A stretch of DNA of 64,000 bases from Malacoraja senta (Eukaryota), in assembly GCA_038087875.1 (NCBI GenBank), contig CM075989.1:4154001-4218000 (forward strand), in the 5' to 3' direction. Positions 1 through 11,272 of this stretch are shown piece by piece. The position numbers and the translations under genes are program-made. The first letter of the stretch is position 1. Each line of letters opens with the position of its first letter. The notes below the pieces were generated by a model. The model was not told the DNA's origin. It made no database searches and saw only the letters and a program-made list of their open reading frames with translations.

Positions 1-458
1 ACGGCTATTCCTTGAAATTCCATTTCAAGCAGGGTGCAAGGCCACCAAATTTATGTGCAGTTTCTTACCACTTCAAGCAGGGTGCAAGGCCACCAAATTC
101 AAGTGCAGTTTCATACCATTTCAAGCAGGGTGCAAGGCCACTAAAGACAGCGAGTCATGACCTCTCCATCTTGCAGAGGATCACGCCCACACTTCTGGGT
201 TTTATAGTCCCTCCCCCCTCCCACCAGAAGGGGCGTGGCCTTCATGGCATGATTGACAGGAGAGAGAATCTCAACATTTTTTAACACTAATAACTATATT
301 ATTTTTCATCGATGGGAAAAATCCTCAGCACCTGATGAGCGGAGGGGGACTCCGGGAAAGACGGCCAAAAATCACAGCCGTATGTGGTAGCGTTTTTTCT
401 AAAATCAATATAAAGCGCAAACAGGATGTGGTCAAGATTAGACTTATAATTATTTAGA
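1..458 (-). mobile_element. Putative non-autonomous Helitron-like element (5' part; runs off the window edge)
   Basis: The minus strand starts TCTAAATAATTATAAGTCTAATC at 458, a 5'-TC plus AT-rich start like Helitron 5' ends. It contains internal tandem repeats. The 3' CTRR end is not in the window. Confidence 0.3.
20..143. repeat. 48-bp minisatellite, ~2.6 copies
   Basis: CCA(T/C)TTCAAGCAGGGTGCAAGGCCAC starts at 20, 68 and 116. Confidence 0.9.
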
Positions 459-577
459 AGGCAAGGCAACTTTAATTAGGCAAGGCAACGTTAATTAGGC
501 AAGGCAACTTTAATTAGGCAACACAGCTTTAGCATTTCCAAACCAAAGGCAACACAGCTTTAGCATTTCCAAACCAA
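459..577. repeat. 19-bp x3 tandem repeat followed by ~30-bp x2 tandem repeat
   Basis: AGGCAAGGCAAC(T/G)TTAATT x3, then GGCAA(A)CACAGCTTTAGCATTTCCAAACCAA x2. Confidence 0.9.
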
Positions 578-602
578 CGGGGATTTTTGAAGCCTTCCGT
601 GA

Positions 603-1375
603 ACAATCACAATCACAATCACAACCACAATCACAATAATACTTTATTAGCCAAGTATGGTTTGCAACATACGAGGAATTTCATTGCCAAGTCAGTCATA
701 CAAATAAAAAGCAACGGAACACACAAAACACATTTGAACATAAACATCCATCACAGTGACTCCTCCACATTCCTCACTGTGATGGAAGGCAAATAAAAGT
801 TCCATCTCTTCCCTTTGCTCTCCCGTGGTCGGGGGCCTCGAGCCCTCTGTTGACGGGGTGATCTTGCCTCCTGTAGCTGGCGGCGTTTTGGCCCTCCGCA
901 TCGGGGCGATCAGTGCCTGCATCGGGGGGATGTCGGCTCCCTTGCGCCGGATGATTGAACCCCGTGTCGGGGCTGGTCGAGCCTCTGCGTCGATGGAGCT
1001 TCCCGACTCGGCCTCTCCCGAGACTGCGAGCTCCCGATGTAAAGTCCGCAGACCGCGGTTGGAGCGATCCCAGGCAAGGGATCAACTCCAATGTTAAGTC
1101 CACGCCCCGCGGAGGGACTCAATGTCAGTCTGTGGAGGCCTCCAGCTCCATCGATGGTAGGCTGCAGAGCGACCGGTGATACGATCCGGAAAGTAATCGC
1201 ATCTCCGGCAAGGTAAGAAACTGAAAAAAAAAGTTACCCTCGACCCCCTCCCCCTCCCCCCACATAAAACAAACCGGAGAACATTTACACGAACTTTTAA
1301 GACACACTAAAAATTAAAAAAAATAGATGAAAAAACGGACATACTGCTGGTGGGGCTGCCAATCATGCGACGCTT
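603..1375 (-). mobile_element. Non-autonomous retroelement with a Rex1/Babar-like 3' end and (ATTGTG)n tail
   Basis: The minus strand ends AAATTCCTCGTATGTTGCAAACCATACTTGGCTAATAAAGTATT followed by hexamer repeats, like Rex1/Babar 3' termini. The body is GC/CpG-rich and non-coding. Confidence 0.5.
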
Positions 1376-1463
1376 ATTGCTGCAGTCTCATCATGACTTT
1401 CTGACTCGTTTACCCAATGTCATGACTGATGAAGGCAAGACCACCACACACCTTCTCTACCGC

Positions 1464-1561
1464 CAGTCTGAAGAAGGGTCTCGACCCGAAATGTCACCTA
1501 TTCCTTCGCTCCATAGATGCTGCCGCACCCGCTGAGTTTCTCCAGCATTTTTGTCTACCTC
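1464..1561 (+). mobile_element. Penelope-like terminal repeat copy (hammerhead-like core)
   Basis: CAGTCTGAAGAAGGGTCTCGACCCGAAATGTCACC...GCTGAGTTTCTCCAGC; the same unit recurs more than 25 times in the window. Confidence 0.7.
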
Positions 1562-2534
1562 TACTTGTGCTGCCACTTTCAGGCAGCTGTAGGAATGAAT
1601 AATGGCTTTCTATCCACCTCTAATATAAAATTTTCACATCTTATGTACATTTCCTATCTGTCACATTTCTCGACAAATGATACAATCACATTTCTGAGCC
1701 AGGCTTCAAAGAAAAGTGCAAAGAAGTATCTTACAAACACATTTTTAGAGTTTTTCTTCACTGACCCTGAGATTCCCTTGAATCATTTTTAGTTAACTTG
1801 GCAGCAATTAAACTTTGCGGTTTTGTGGAAAGATCTACCTATTCATTGCAACCGGTTTCAAGGGATATTGCCCTGAGAATGAGCCTTCAAACCAACTGCA
1901 GGAGAGACTCTGAACATGAAGGATCCAGTGTTAATGCTTTGCCTCGGTCTGAAGAAGGAGCAGAGCCATTGTGGCAAAGTGTGGAAATGACATGAGCTGT
2001 CACAATAGGAATGATGAGGGTGCATCAGTGTTGTCAAGTGGCATATACCGAGCGTGAAGTGGAATCAAAGGGAATGTATAGGTATTATGCTCCTTAAATA
2101 AAGATATATCATAGATGGTTCGTTTTCAAGTGCAGTTACAAGGGAAAACCTTTTAGATGAATAAGCTGCATTTTAAAACTCCCGTGAAATAACTTCTGAA
2201 TTGAGAAAAGTCACAGAGAGATTTGACATCCTATGCATGTTTGATGAAGTTGCCCTCTAGGCAGCAGTGACTGCACTGACAACAAAGGACCCTTCCAGTG
2301 GTCTGTATCACTAAGTCAAAGCCATCACAATTCAGAATCATAGACATCAAGACATTGCAAGAAGTATCATTCACTGTCTTACTCGCCCACTTTCCACCCC
2401 ATTCTCTCTCTCCCTATCTCTCTCTCTTTCCCCCTCTCTCTCCCTCACAAAATCAGCCAATTACATCAGACCCACACCACCTTTGCTTAACCCCCTCATT
2501 TTGCTATCAACGATGGGATGAAGGAACAGGAGCC

Positions 2535-2872
2535 TAAGGTTCAAGAACAGCTTCATCCCAGTAATCATCAGGCTCTTGAACACTGCACAATACTAACCTC
2601 AGCTAAATGTGCAGGAAGGAACTGCAGATCTTGGTTTTAACCAAAGATAGACACAAATAGCTGGAGTAACTCAGCAGGTCAGACAACATCTCTGGAGAAA
2701 AGGAATAGGTGACGTTTCGGATCGAGACCCTTCTACAGAAGTATTATGGTTGTTCATTCATCGTATTATTGATTATGTTTTATCTGTGTGTATTGTATTT
2801 AAAAGCCTGTTAAATGCAGCGTAAGAATTGTATTGGTCTGTTGCTGGTACATATAACAATTAAACACTCTTG
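2535..2872 (+). mobile_element. Rex/Babar-type LINE 3' fragment split by a Penelope-like repeat (~2608-2738, minus)
   Basis: Encodes RFKNSFIPVIIRLLN (ORF2 C-terminal motif) and has the 3' UTR ...GTAAGAATT...ACAATTAAACACTCTTG. Confidence 0.55.
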
Positions 2873-3074
2873 GGTCTTTTCTGCTCCATCTCCCTCACCC
2901 TCTCCCTAACCCTCTTCTGCTCCCACACTGCCTCATCTGCTCCCTCTCCCTCTCCCCCTTGTCCCCTCTCCCTCCCCCTCCCCCTCCCCCTCTCCCCACT
3001 ATTCTCCAGCTTACCCACCCATTGAGACATTAACGATATTCAGGGCTGACAAATTACAGACCAGTGGAGATCCA

Positions 3075-3383
3075 GGGTGGCACGATGGCGCAGCTGGTAG
3101 CTGCTGCATTACAACGCCAGAGACCCGAGTTCGAATCTGACCTCGGGTGCTGTCTGTGTGCAGTTTGTACGTGTTCCCTGTGACAGTATGGGCTTTCGAG
3201 TTTCCTCCCACATTCCAAAGACGTGTGAGTTTGTCAGTTAGTTGGCCTTTGTAAAATTGCCCCAAGTGTGTAGGCAGTAGATGATAAAGTGGGATGACAT
3301 GGAACTAGTGTGAACGGATAATCAATGGTCGACGTGTACTCGGTGGGCAGAGGGGCTTATTCCCATCTTTAAACTAAACTAAA
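3075..3383 (+). mobile_element. tRNA-derived SINE (HE1/V-SINE type)
   Basis: A box TGGCGCAGCTGG, B box GAGTTCGAATC, central V-SINE-like domain, (CTAAA)n tail. Confidence 0.8.
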
Positions 3384-3404
3384 CAGAGCAAGGTTGAAGA
3401 ACAA

Positions 3405-3513
3405 CGTACTGCAGATGCTGGTTTAAACCAAAGATAAACACAAAGTGCATGAGTAACTCAGCGTGTCAGGCAGCATCTCTGGAGAAAAAGGATGGGCAAT
3501 GTTTCGGGTCGGG
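3405..3513 (-). mobile_element. Penelope-like terminal repeat copy
   Basis: ACTGCAGATGCTGGTTTAAACC...GAGTAACTCAGC...GTTTCGGGTCG. Confidence 0.65.
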
Positions 3514-3834
3514 AAGTGTGGGTGGTAGGGAGTTAAGGTGGTAGGAATACCCAGATTTGGATAATGAAAGATAGATTTCCAAGTTAAAGTGGGTTGTTTC
3601 TTGGAGAGGAATGGACAGAGAGAGATTCCATGTGTCTTCCCTTGTTCCTTCATGTGATGGATGTCGAGGGTTTGGGAGGTGCCTGCTGACACATGCATTA
3701 GTGTGAATTGACTTTTAATGTATGGTTGAACTATTGTGAATTATAAAAATATGGATACTTCGCCACTTAGGAGTGGAAAGTCCTGGAATTACCAGTGTCG
3801 CTATGAAAATTGAAGGGTTTTGAGGAATCAGAGG

Positions 3835-4110
3835 ACATAGGATTAAGATGACAGGGGAAAGATTTAATAGAACGATTAGAAAAGTTGAGGGGCAACTGTT
3901 TCACCCAGAGGGTGGTGGGTACGAGCTGCCAGAGGAGGTAGTTGAGGCAGGTACAAAACAGCAATTAAAAGTCACTTGTGCAGGTGCATGAGTAGGTTAG
4001 AGGGATAAGGGCCAAACATGTGCAGGCGGGACGAGCGTAGATGGGGCATCTTGGTCAGCATGGACGAGTTGGGCTGAAGGGCCTGTTTCCATGCTGTATG
4101 ACTATGATTC
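3835..4110 (+). mobile_element. CR1/HER1-type LINE 3' fragment
   Basis: GGGCAACTGTTTCACCCAGAGGGTGGTG...GAAGGGCCTGTTTCCATGCTGTATGACT 3' end, shared with the SINE tail. Confidence 0.75.
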
Positions 4111-4283
4111 AATGACATTGCAGTGGGTGGATTTTTGGAGAAAGTGCAACGAAAAAGTGAGTCCTGTTTTAATTTTCACATGGGATTTAGATATGATTGT
4201 CCAAACATTCCCAATGGTCCTTGACACCTTGATGGTAAACTATCTTCCTAGACAGCCTTTGGTCATCCGTATACTGTACACCA

Positions 4284-4600
4284 GGAACTCCAGATGCTGG
4301 TTTACAAAAAGAGACACAAAGTGCTGGAGTAACTCAACGGGTCATGCAGCATCTTAGGAGAACATAGATACTGTAGGTCACTTTTCGGGTCAGGACCCTT
4401 CTTCAGTCTTCAGAGCAGAGCACAAACGTCACCAATCCCTGTTCTCCGGAGATGCTGCCAGACACGTTGAGGTAGCCTATATAATACAAAAAGCTGGAGC
4501 AACTCAGCAGGCCAGGCGACATCTCTGGAGAAATGAAATAGGTGAATTTTTGACATCAGGGGAGAGGGAAACAAGAGATATACAAGGTGCACAGAACAAA
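4284..4600. mobile_element. Cluster of degenerate Penelope-like repeats, partly inverted
   Basis: AGATGCTGGTTTAC...GCTGGAGTAACTCA...CCCTTCTTCAGTC, an inverted half, then a second copy at 4483-4600. Confidence 0.6.
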
Positions 4601-5728
4601 TTTGACTTGGCGAGTTCCACCTCTGCACGCAACAGCGATGGGAACGGAGTGGTCACTTCGGCCACTGACCCCGTCCCCCGCCCCACGGCTTCAGTTTGCC
4701 GGCGAGGCCGGCAGATGGCGGTCGTGAGCCGCCCCTCAGCCCCCTCCCGCACAGTGAGCAAGGACCCGGGCCAGTCACCGCCGCAGCGACAGCGAGCAGA
4801 GCAGAAACAAAGTGCGACACCGTAAGTTAGAAAGTTCAGAAACATTTGTGCATTTTTGCAACTTGTGCATTGCAAGAGGGCGGACAGATTTCAACGCGTA
4901 ATTGTGACCCTTTAAAAGCTTAAAATTTCCATTTTGTATAGAAGATTGCACCGCCTGTATAATTCGCCTTATATAACGGGGGGCTAGAACGAGGTCATGC
5001 AAACGAAACACTTCTGCAGATTATTAAAAATGAAAAATAATCGTTTTCGTAAAAGTTTCCATACTGTGGGCTGAAGTTTGGAGTAGTTGATTCAGTAAAT
5101 CAGTACCCTACAATACTGTGTCATTCTGGAGTTAAGAGAAGGCATTACTACTGCAATTGAACACCAAACGAAGGGGGGAAACTGTGACAGTACACGGTGT
5201 GACAACTAACCACACTGAGGGGGATCAGATTGGAGAAAGCCGGGAAGGAGAGGGCTGTGAGGGGTCGCCCGACTCACAATTGCTAGTCCACAGTCACAGA
5301 AACAAACGCACCGAGGCAGATTCCCTCGAGTCCGCGTTCCCCATGCAACTTGTTGCCCAAGCAAACCTCGGTCAGAAATGAGTCCCGTAGCGTGAATTGT
5401 TTTAGTGTGTGGACCAAACCGGACAAGTCTGACTGCCCCAGCCACAATTTGGGTCAAACATAGTGGTGGAATCTCTACCCAGAAGGTGTCTGAAGGCATT
5501 TGAGACCTACATCAAAGACCTTTACTTTCATATCATTCACTGGCGGTGCTCGCGTATGCGCCACGGTGCCCATTCTGCTCATGTCCATATGAATTGTGCT
5601 GCGCGCATCTAATGCCTGGTTTTGTAGAGTCACAGACATGTACCGCACACGCAGGGATACAATTCGGCCCATTGTATCCATGCTTGCCGCAAATGGAGAT
5701 ATCTAGAGTTAATTCCAAAAATTGCATC

Positions 5729-6660
5729 GTGTGTGCGTTTGTGTGTGTGTGCCTTGTGTACAATATATATATACATGCATGGGTGCGGGGAGGGTGTGTG
5801 GTAGAACGCCTTTGTTTGCGCATCCGCTGTACCTGTCTGTATGTGAGAGTACGTGTGCTTGTGTGTGTATGAATCGGTGTGTGTGTGAATCTGTGTGCGT
5901 GTGAATCTGCGTGTGCGTGTCCCAGTGTGTGTGAATCTGCGTGTGTTTGTGTGTGTGTGTGAATCTGCATGTGTGTGTGCCTCTGCAACTTACGTTGGTA
6001 TGATGTCCCGTGCCTGTAGTTTGGGAGTGTGAGAGTGTGTGAGTATGAGCGTGAGTGTGTGTTTGAGTCTATGAATGTGTGTGAGTGGGTGTGCAAGTCT
6101 GTGTGTGTGTGTGTTTGAGTCTGTGTGTTTGAGTCTGTGTGTGTGAGAGGGTGTGTGTGAGTGTTAGTATGTGTGTGTGAATATGTGTGTGTGTTTGAGT
6201 GTGTGTGTGAGTGTAAGTATGTGTGTGTATGTGTGTGTGGGTTTGAGTGTGTGTGTGTGAGTGTATACGTGTGTGAGTGGGTGTATATGTGTGTGAGTGT
6301 GTGAGAGTGTGTGAGTCTGTGTGTTTGTGTGTTTGAGTGTGTTTGAGTGTGTGTGTGTGTGTTTGACTCTGTGTGTTTGAGTGTGTGTGAGTGGCTAAGT
6401 ATGTGTGTGTGAGAGAGAGTATGTGAGTGTGTGTGAGTATGTGTGTGTGTTTGAGTGTGTGTGTGAGTGTGTGAGTCTGTATGTGTGTGTGTGTGTGTGT
6501 GTTTGAGTATGTGTGTTTGAGTGTGTGTGAGTGGGTAAGTATGTGTGTGAGAGTATGTGTGTGTGTGAGTGCGTGTGTGTGAGTGTGTTTGATGCTGTGC
6601 CTGTACCTGCATATTGCATGTGTGAGTGCATGTATCTGGAATGTGCACAGTGTGTCTGGA
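5729..6660. repeat. Cryptic (TG)/(TGAG) low-complexity tract
   Basis: About 930 bp of degenerate TG repeats; source of the spurious HT/CV-rich ORFs. Confidence 0.95.
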
Positions 6661-7186
6661 ATGTGTAAGTGCAATATAACGTGGATGATGTGTCTTCACA
6701 ACTGTGTATTTGTTCCGAAGATAGACACAGTGCTGGAGTGACTCAGCGGGTCAGGCAGCATCTCTGGGGAGAAGGAATATGTCAATAGAAATGAATAGTT
6801 TTGGGTCCATGTTCAACTACTTTACTGTAAACGTGTGTGATCCCCGCCTGGTTTATTTGTATAAATGGCTCCAAATGCTTCATCCCAAAGGATGTGGCTG
6901 CTTCAAGCTTGGTTATTGGGGACCAGTGGTGTTGCTTTCTTTCCGTTTTGTTCTTCTTTGGGGCTGACCCGGGTTACAGGTGCATCGCACCGTGAGGGGG
7001 TGTCCGGGGACTAATGCCCAGCGCATCCGGACGAGGGTGTTTGTGGTAGCGTTCAAATCATTGTCATTGTGAAGGAAATCAACAGGAACAATATCAGGAA
7101 GAAGTTTGCAAGGGAGAATTATGCGCCATAAAGTTTGGAATATCAGGAATGTGATTGGTTTAATTATGCATTGTGAACAACCAAAA

Positions 7187-7380
7187 AAAGACACAAAGTG
7201 CTGGAGTAACTCAGCAGGTCAGGCAGCATCTCTGAGAACATGGATAGTTGAGGTTTCAGGTTGGGACTCTTCGGCTGAAACATCACCTATCCATGATCTC
7301 CAGCGATGCTGCCTGACCAGCTGAGTTACTCCAGCACTTTGTGTCTTTTGTTTTGTAAAACAGCATCTGCAGTTCCTTGT
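7187..7380. mobile_element. Palindromic (inverted) Penelope-like repeat pair
   Basis: AAAGACACAAAGTGCTGGAGTAACTCAGC ... GCTGAGTTACTCCAGCACTTTGTGTCTTT are perfect reverse complements at the arm ends. Confidence 0.75.
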
Positions 7381-7405
7381 GACCAGCCAAGATCATCAAT
7401 ATTAA

Positions 7406-7718
7406 GGACGGCGCAGTGGCACAGCGGCAGAGTTTGTTGCTTCACAGTGCCAGAAACCCTGGTTCGATCCGTGTGGAGTTTGCACGTTCTCCCTGTGACC
7501 GCGTGGGTTTCCTCCAGGTTCCCTGGTTTCCTCCCACATCCCAAAGACATGCTGGTTTATAGGTAGATTTGTCTCTGTAAATTGCCCCTAGTGTGTTGGG
7601 AGCGGATGAGAAAGTGGGATAACATAGAACTAGCGTGAACGGCTGATCAGTGGTCAGTGTGGACTCGGGTTGGGGGGGCGAAGGGCATGTTTCCATGGTG
7701 TATTTCTCAATACTAAAC
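7406..7718 (+). mobile_element. tRNA-derived SINE (HE1/V-SINE type)
   Basis: TGGCACAGCGG A box, GGTTCGATCC B box, V-like core, CR1-like tail. Confidence 0.8.
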
Positions 7719-7994
7719 AATCTGAGCGATCAGTGTAATCGCCTAAGCTATAAATCACAATTTGAGCCTCTAATGAGACGAATCCCTGTGATCGGTCAGT
7801 GTAGCCTCAGAGATACCTTGATGTATTTATGAATAAGAGAGTCATTACAGCGAAGGATCGGTGACCCTCAACACGGACGATGCGTGGTGGGTGCGGTGGG
7901 TGGGGTTGTATAGAGAATGAACTCCACCAGTTTTCTGCCATTTCTTGATCTAACACAGCCCCCATCGACCTGGCGATGTAGTTTTCAGTTCAGT

Positions 7995-8122
7995 TCACAA
8001 GTTACAGGATCAGAATTAGGCCGTTCAGCCCATCGAGTCTACTCCTCCATTCAACCATGCCTGATCTCTGCCTCCTAATCCCATATTCTTGCCTTCTCCC
8101 CAAAACGTTCTAATCAAGAATT
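7995..8122 (-). mobile_element. CR1 LINE 3' end
   Basis: CAGAATTAGGCCGTTCAGCCCATCGAGTCTACTCC...GCCTTCTCCCC, the reverse of a CR1 3' UTR. Confidence 0.7.
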
Positions 8123-8495
8123 TCGTTTATTTTCACGTGTACCGAGCTACAGTGAAAAGCTTTTGTCGTGTGCTATCCAGTCAGCAGAAAGACAATACAT
8201 AATGACAATCGAGCTATTTACTTCAGTGTACAGATGCATAATAAGGGGATAACGTTTAGTGCAAGGTAAAGCCAGAAAAGTCCGATCAAGGATAGTCCGA
8301 GGATCACCAATGAGGTAGACAGTAGTTCAGCACTGCTCCCTGGTTGTGGTAGGATGGTTCAGTTGCCTGATAACAACTGGGAAGGAACTGTCCCTGAATC
8401 TGGTGGTGTGCTTTTTCACACTTCTGTACCTTTTGCTTGATGGGACAGAGGAGAAGAGGGAGTGGACAGGGTGCACCTCGTCCTTGATTATGCTG
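8123..8495 (-). mobile_element. Rex/Babar-type LINE 3' fragment
   Basis: TCACGTGTACCGAGCTACAGTGAAAAGCTTTT end plus CCTGATAACAACTGGGAAGGAACTGTCCCTGAATCTGG (reverse of RFRDSSFPVVIRQLN). Confidence 0.6.
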
Positions 8496-8654
8496 TGGAG
8501 AGGTGGGGTAAGGTGGGTAAGCGTCTATCATTGAGTGGGGTAAGGCGGGACTTGGAATGTGTGCTTTCGGCTAGCCCGCCTTTGACACCCATCCCACAGC
8601 GCCAACCTAACACTGAGACGGACCCTAACCAATAGTTATCATTTAACCGTGTTG

Positions 8655-9146
8655 GAAGGAACTGCAGATGCTGGTTTAAACCGAAGATAGACACAAAATG
8701 CTGGAGTAACTCCGCGGGACAGGCAGCTTCTGTGGAGAGAAGGAATGGGTGACGCTTCGGATCGAGACCCTTCTTCTGACTGAGAGTCAGGGAGAGGGAA
8801 AACAAGAGATAAAGGCGGTGACATAGAGGGATATAGAACAAATGAATGAAAGATATGCAAAAAGTAACGATGATAAAGAAAAGGTGGAGCCCACAATGGT
8901 CCATTGTTGGCTGTGGGGAAAGTGATAACGAGTTATACAGACAGTGAAACTCAGCAGGCCGACTAGGGTGGGGGGAAGGACTGGGAGAGAGAGGGGATGC
9001 AAGGATTACTTGAAGTTACTGAGAAATTATGATCAATATTTTCATTTCACTCTCGGTCTGAAGGGTCTTGACCCGAAACGTCACCCATTCCTTCTCTCCA
9101 GAGATGCTGCCTGTCCCGCTGAGTTACTCCAACATTTTGTGTCTAT
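8655..9146 (-). mobile_element. Longer Penelope-like 3' fragment (minus) plus a plus-strand terminal repeat at ~9053-9146
   Basis: Terminal repeat, purine-rich UTR, then GATTACTTGAAGTTACTGAGAA (minus strand ...SNFK-stop), which resembles a PLE ORF end. Confidence 0.6.
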
Positions 9147-9336
9147 TATCATTTCACGAAGGGGTTTCGGTTTCCCTGCACCACAGCGGAGCGGCTCCTT
9201 TCAAAGGATGGCGAGGTGGGCTTTGCACTGCGGGCGAGAGTGGTGTCATCGATCCCGGGCGGTGTGAGAGATGTGCGGTACATTGTACTAGCGGGAACAG
9301 GACCCTAAATACCCACCTGGCAACACCCTAATCATG

Positions 9337-9351
9337 CACACACGCTCTCTC

Positions 9352-9395
<44 letters not shown>

Positions 9396-9401
9396 GTACA
9401 G

Positions 9402-9463
<62 letters not shown>

Positions 9464-9670
9464 GTACAGGCACACACACACACACACACACACGCACGCA
9501 CAGGCACACTCACACACACACACACACACTCAAACACGTACACACACATACACACACACACACACACACACATACACACATACACACATACACACACACA
9601 CACACACATACACACAGACGCAAACACACAAACACACACACATACACACACACACAGACGCACAAACACA

Positions 9671-9768
<98 letters not shown>
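9337..9768. repeat. (CA)n microsatellite, compound
   Basis: Direct reading. Confidence 0.97.
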
Positions 9769-9769
<1 letters not shown>

Positions 9770-10732
9770 CCCAATGATCCCTCCATCAATCAGCTGTCCC
9801 TCCGCTTGACATCCACATACAGACTTTCTCACTTGCTATCGCAACACGGATTATCTTTTAAAAAAAAGCTTCCACTTAATAGTCCGTATGTGGGCGTTGT
9901 AATCTTTATGGAACTGAGTACAAGAGCGAATTTCCTCCCACAATCATGTCAATGGGTGGGCTGAAAGAGTGTCATCCCGGGGCAAATTCTAGCGAACGTA
10001 AATCGATGAGTTCTGAATGTCGGCCTCGACCCCCTTTCTCCCAGCCTTGTGCTGACACCCCGACACACTTTAATATTCGAACAATTTATCTTTCTAAATT
10101 GTTTCATCGCACATGGCAAGCCAGATTTCCGATGTAACGCCGCCGGGTGGAGGGCGTGAGAGGCTGATAGCTTTGTTCACTCGAAACAGCGCGAATAAAC
10201 AACAAAAAAACTTGGTGAATTCGGAAGTTTGTCACTCAATGTGCAATGAATCCCACCTGGCACACAGCGAAGCGAACTGCAGGCCCTCGGCCAGTCGGTG
10301 CGAACAGTCCGAGAGCCGAGACACTCCAGTCGGAGAGACTGTTTATTACTATGCAGTTAATTAGAAATTAGTAATATCACATCTGATGTCGCGGCGCTGA
10401 TTTAGCAGCGAGTACAAGCCAGTCTCCATTTCCAGTCATTATTTTGTAAATAACTAACTCAAGCCAGTCTTCGTTTCGAGTCATTATTTTGTAAATAAGT
10501 GAATGTCTGTATTTAGTGGGTAGGTGCACTGGCGTGTGGTCAGAATTCGTTGTCCGATTTCAAAGCCCTGTGTAGTCAAACGTGCGTGTCAGAGGCATAA
10601 CGCCGATGAGAAGGGTAGTCTTGGCTGGCAAGGGCGCTTGGGGAGAGCTCTGCAAACTTCTGATGCTGGCGATGTTTAGCTGCAGAAATTGGGGCTTGGC
10701 TTTAGCTGTTTCAGGTTGAGAATATCTATCGT

Positions 10733-11055
10733 AGGTAGACAACAATGCTGGAGAAACTCAGCGGGTGAGGCAGCATCTATGGGGCGAAGGAAATAGGCAA
10801 CGTTTACGGGCCGAAACTATCGCAGGGTTCAGTGGCGAAATCAAGGGGACAGGATTATACATGGTACTAGATCATAGAACAGTCTGAAGAGGGGTCTCGA
10901 CCCGAAACATCACCCATTCCTTCTCCCCAGCGATGCTGCCTGTCCCGCTGAGTTACTCCAGCTTTTTGTGACTATCTTCGGCTTAATCCAGCATCTGCAG
11001 TTCCTTCCTACACATTGAACAGTACAGATTTTGTAAACCAGCACCCGCAGTTCAT
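10733..11055. mobile_element. Penelope-like terminal repeats (minus 10733-10817; plus 10881-11055)
   Basis: GCTGGAGAAACTCAGCGGG... and GTCTGAAGAGGGGTCTCGACCCGAAACATC... Confidence 0.7.
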
Positions 11056-11063
11056 TGTTTCCA

Positions 11064-11272
11064 CATGGAACAGTACAGCGCAGGACAGGTCCTTCGGCCC
11101 ACAACGTCTGTGCCAGACATGATGCCAAGCTAAACTAATCTCATCTGCCTGCACGCTATCCACATCCCTGCATATCCATGTGCCTATCTGAAAGCCTCTG
11201 TAACGCCACTATCGTATCTGCCTCCACCACCACCCCTGGCAGCGAGTCTTGGCACCCACCACCCTCTGTGTA
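11064..11272 (-). mobile_element. CR1 LINE 3' fragment; last young TE before the TE-poor domain
   Basis: ACAGGTCCTTCGGCCCAC...CCACCACCCTCTGTGTAAAAA. Confidence 0.7.

Noticed and set aside
5533..6699. 388-aa HT-rich ORF and the similar HT/CV/ER/SIYL ORFs at 9.3, 13, 18, 19.7, 23.7 and 29.1 kb
   Set aside because: These are translations of microsatellites, which lack stop codons by composition.
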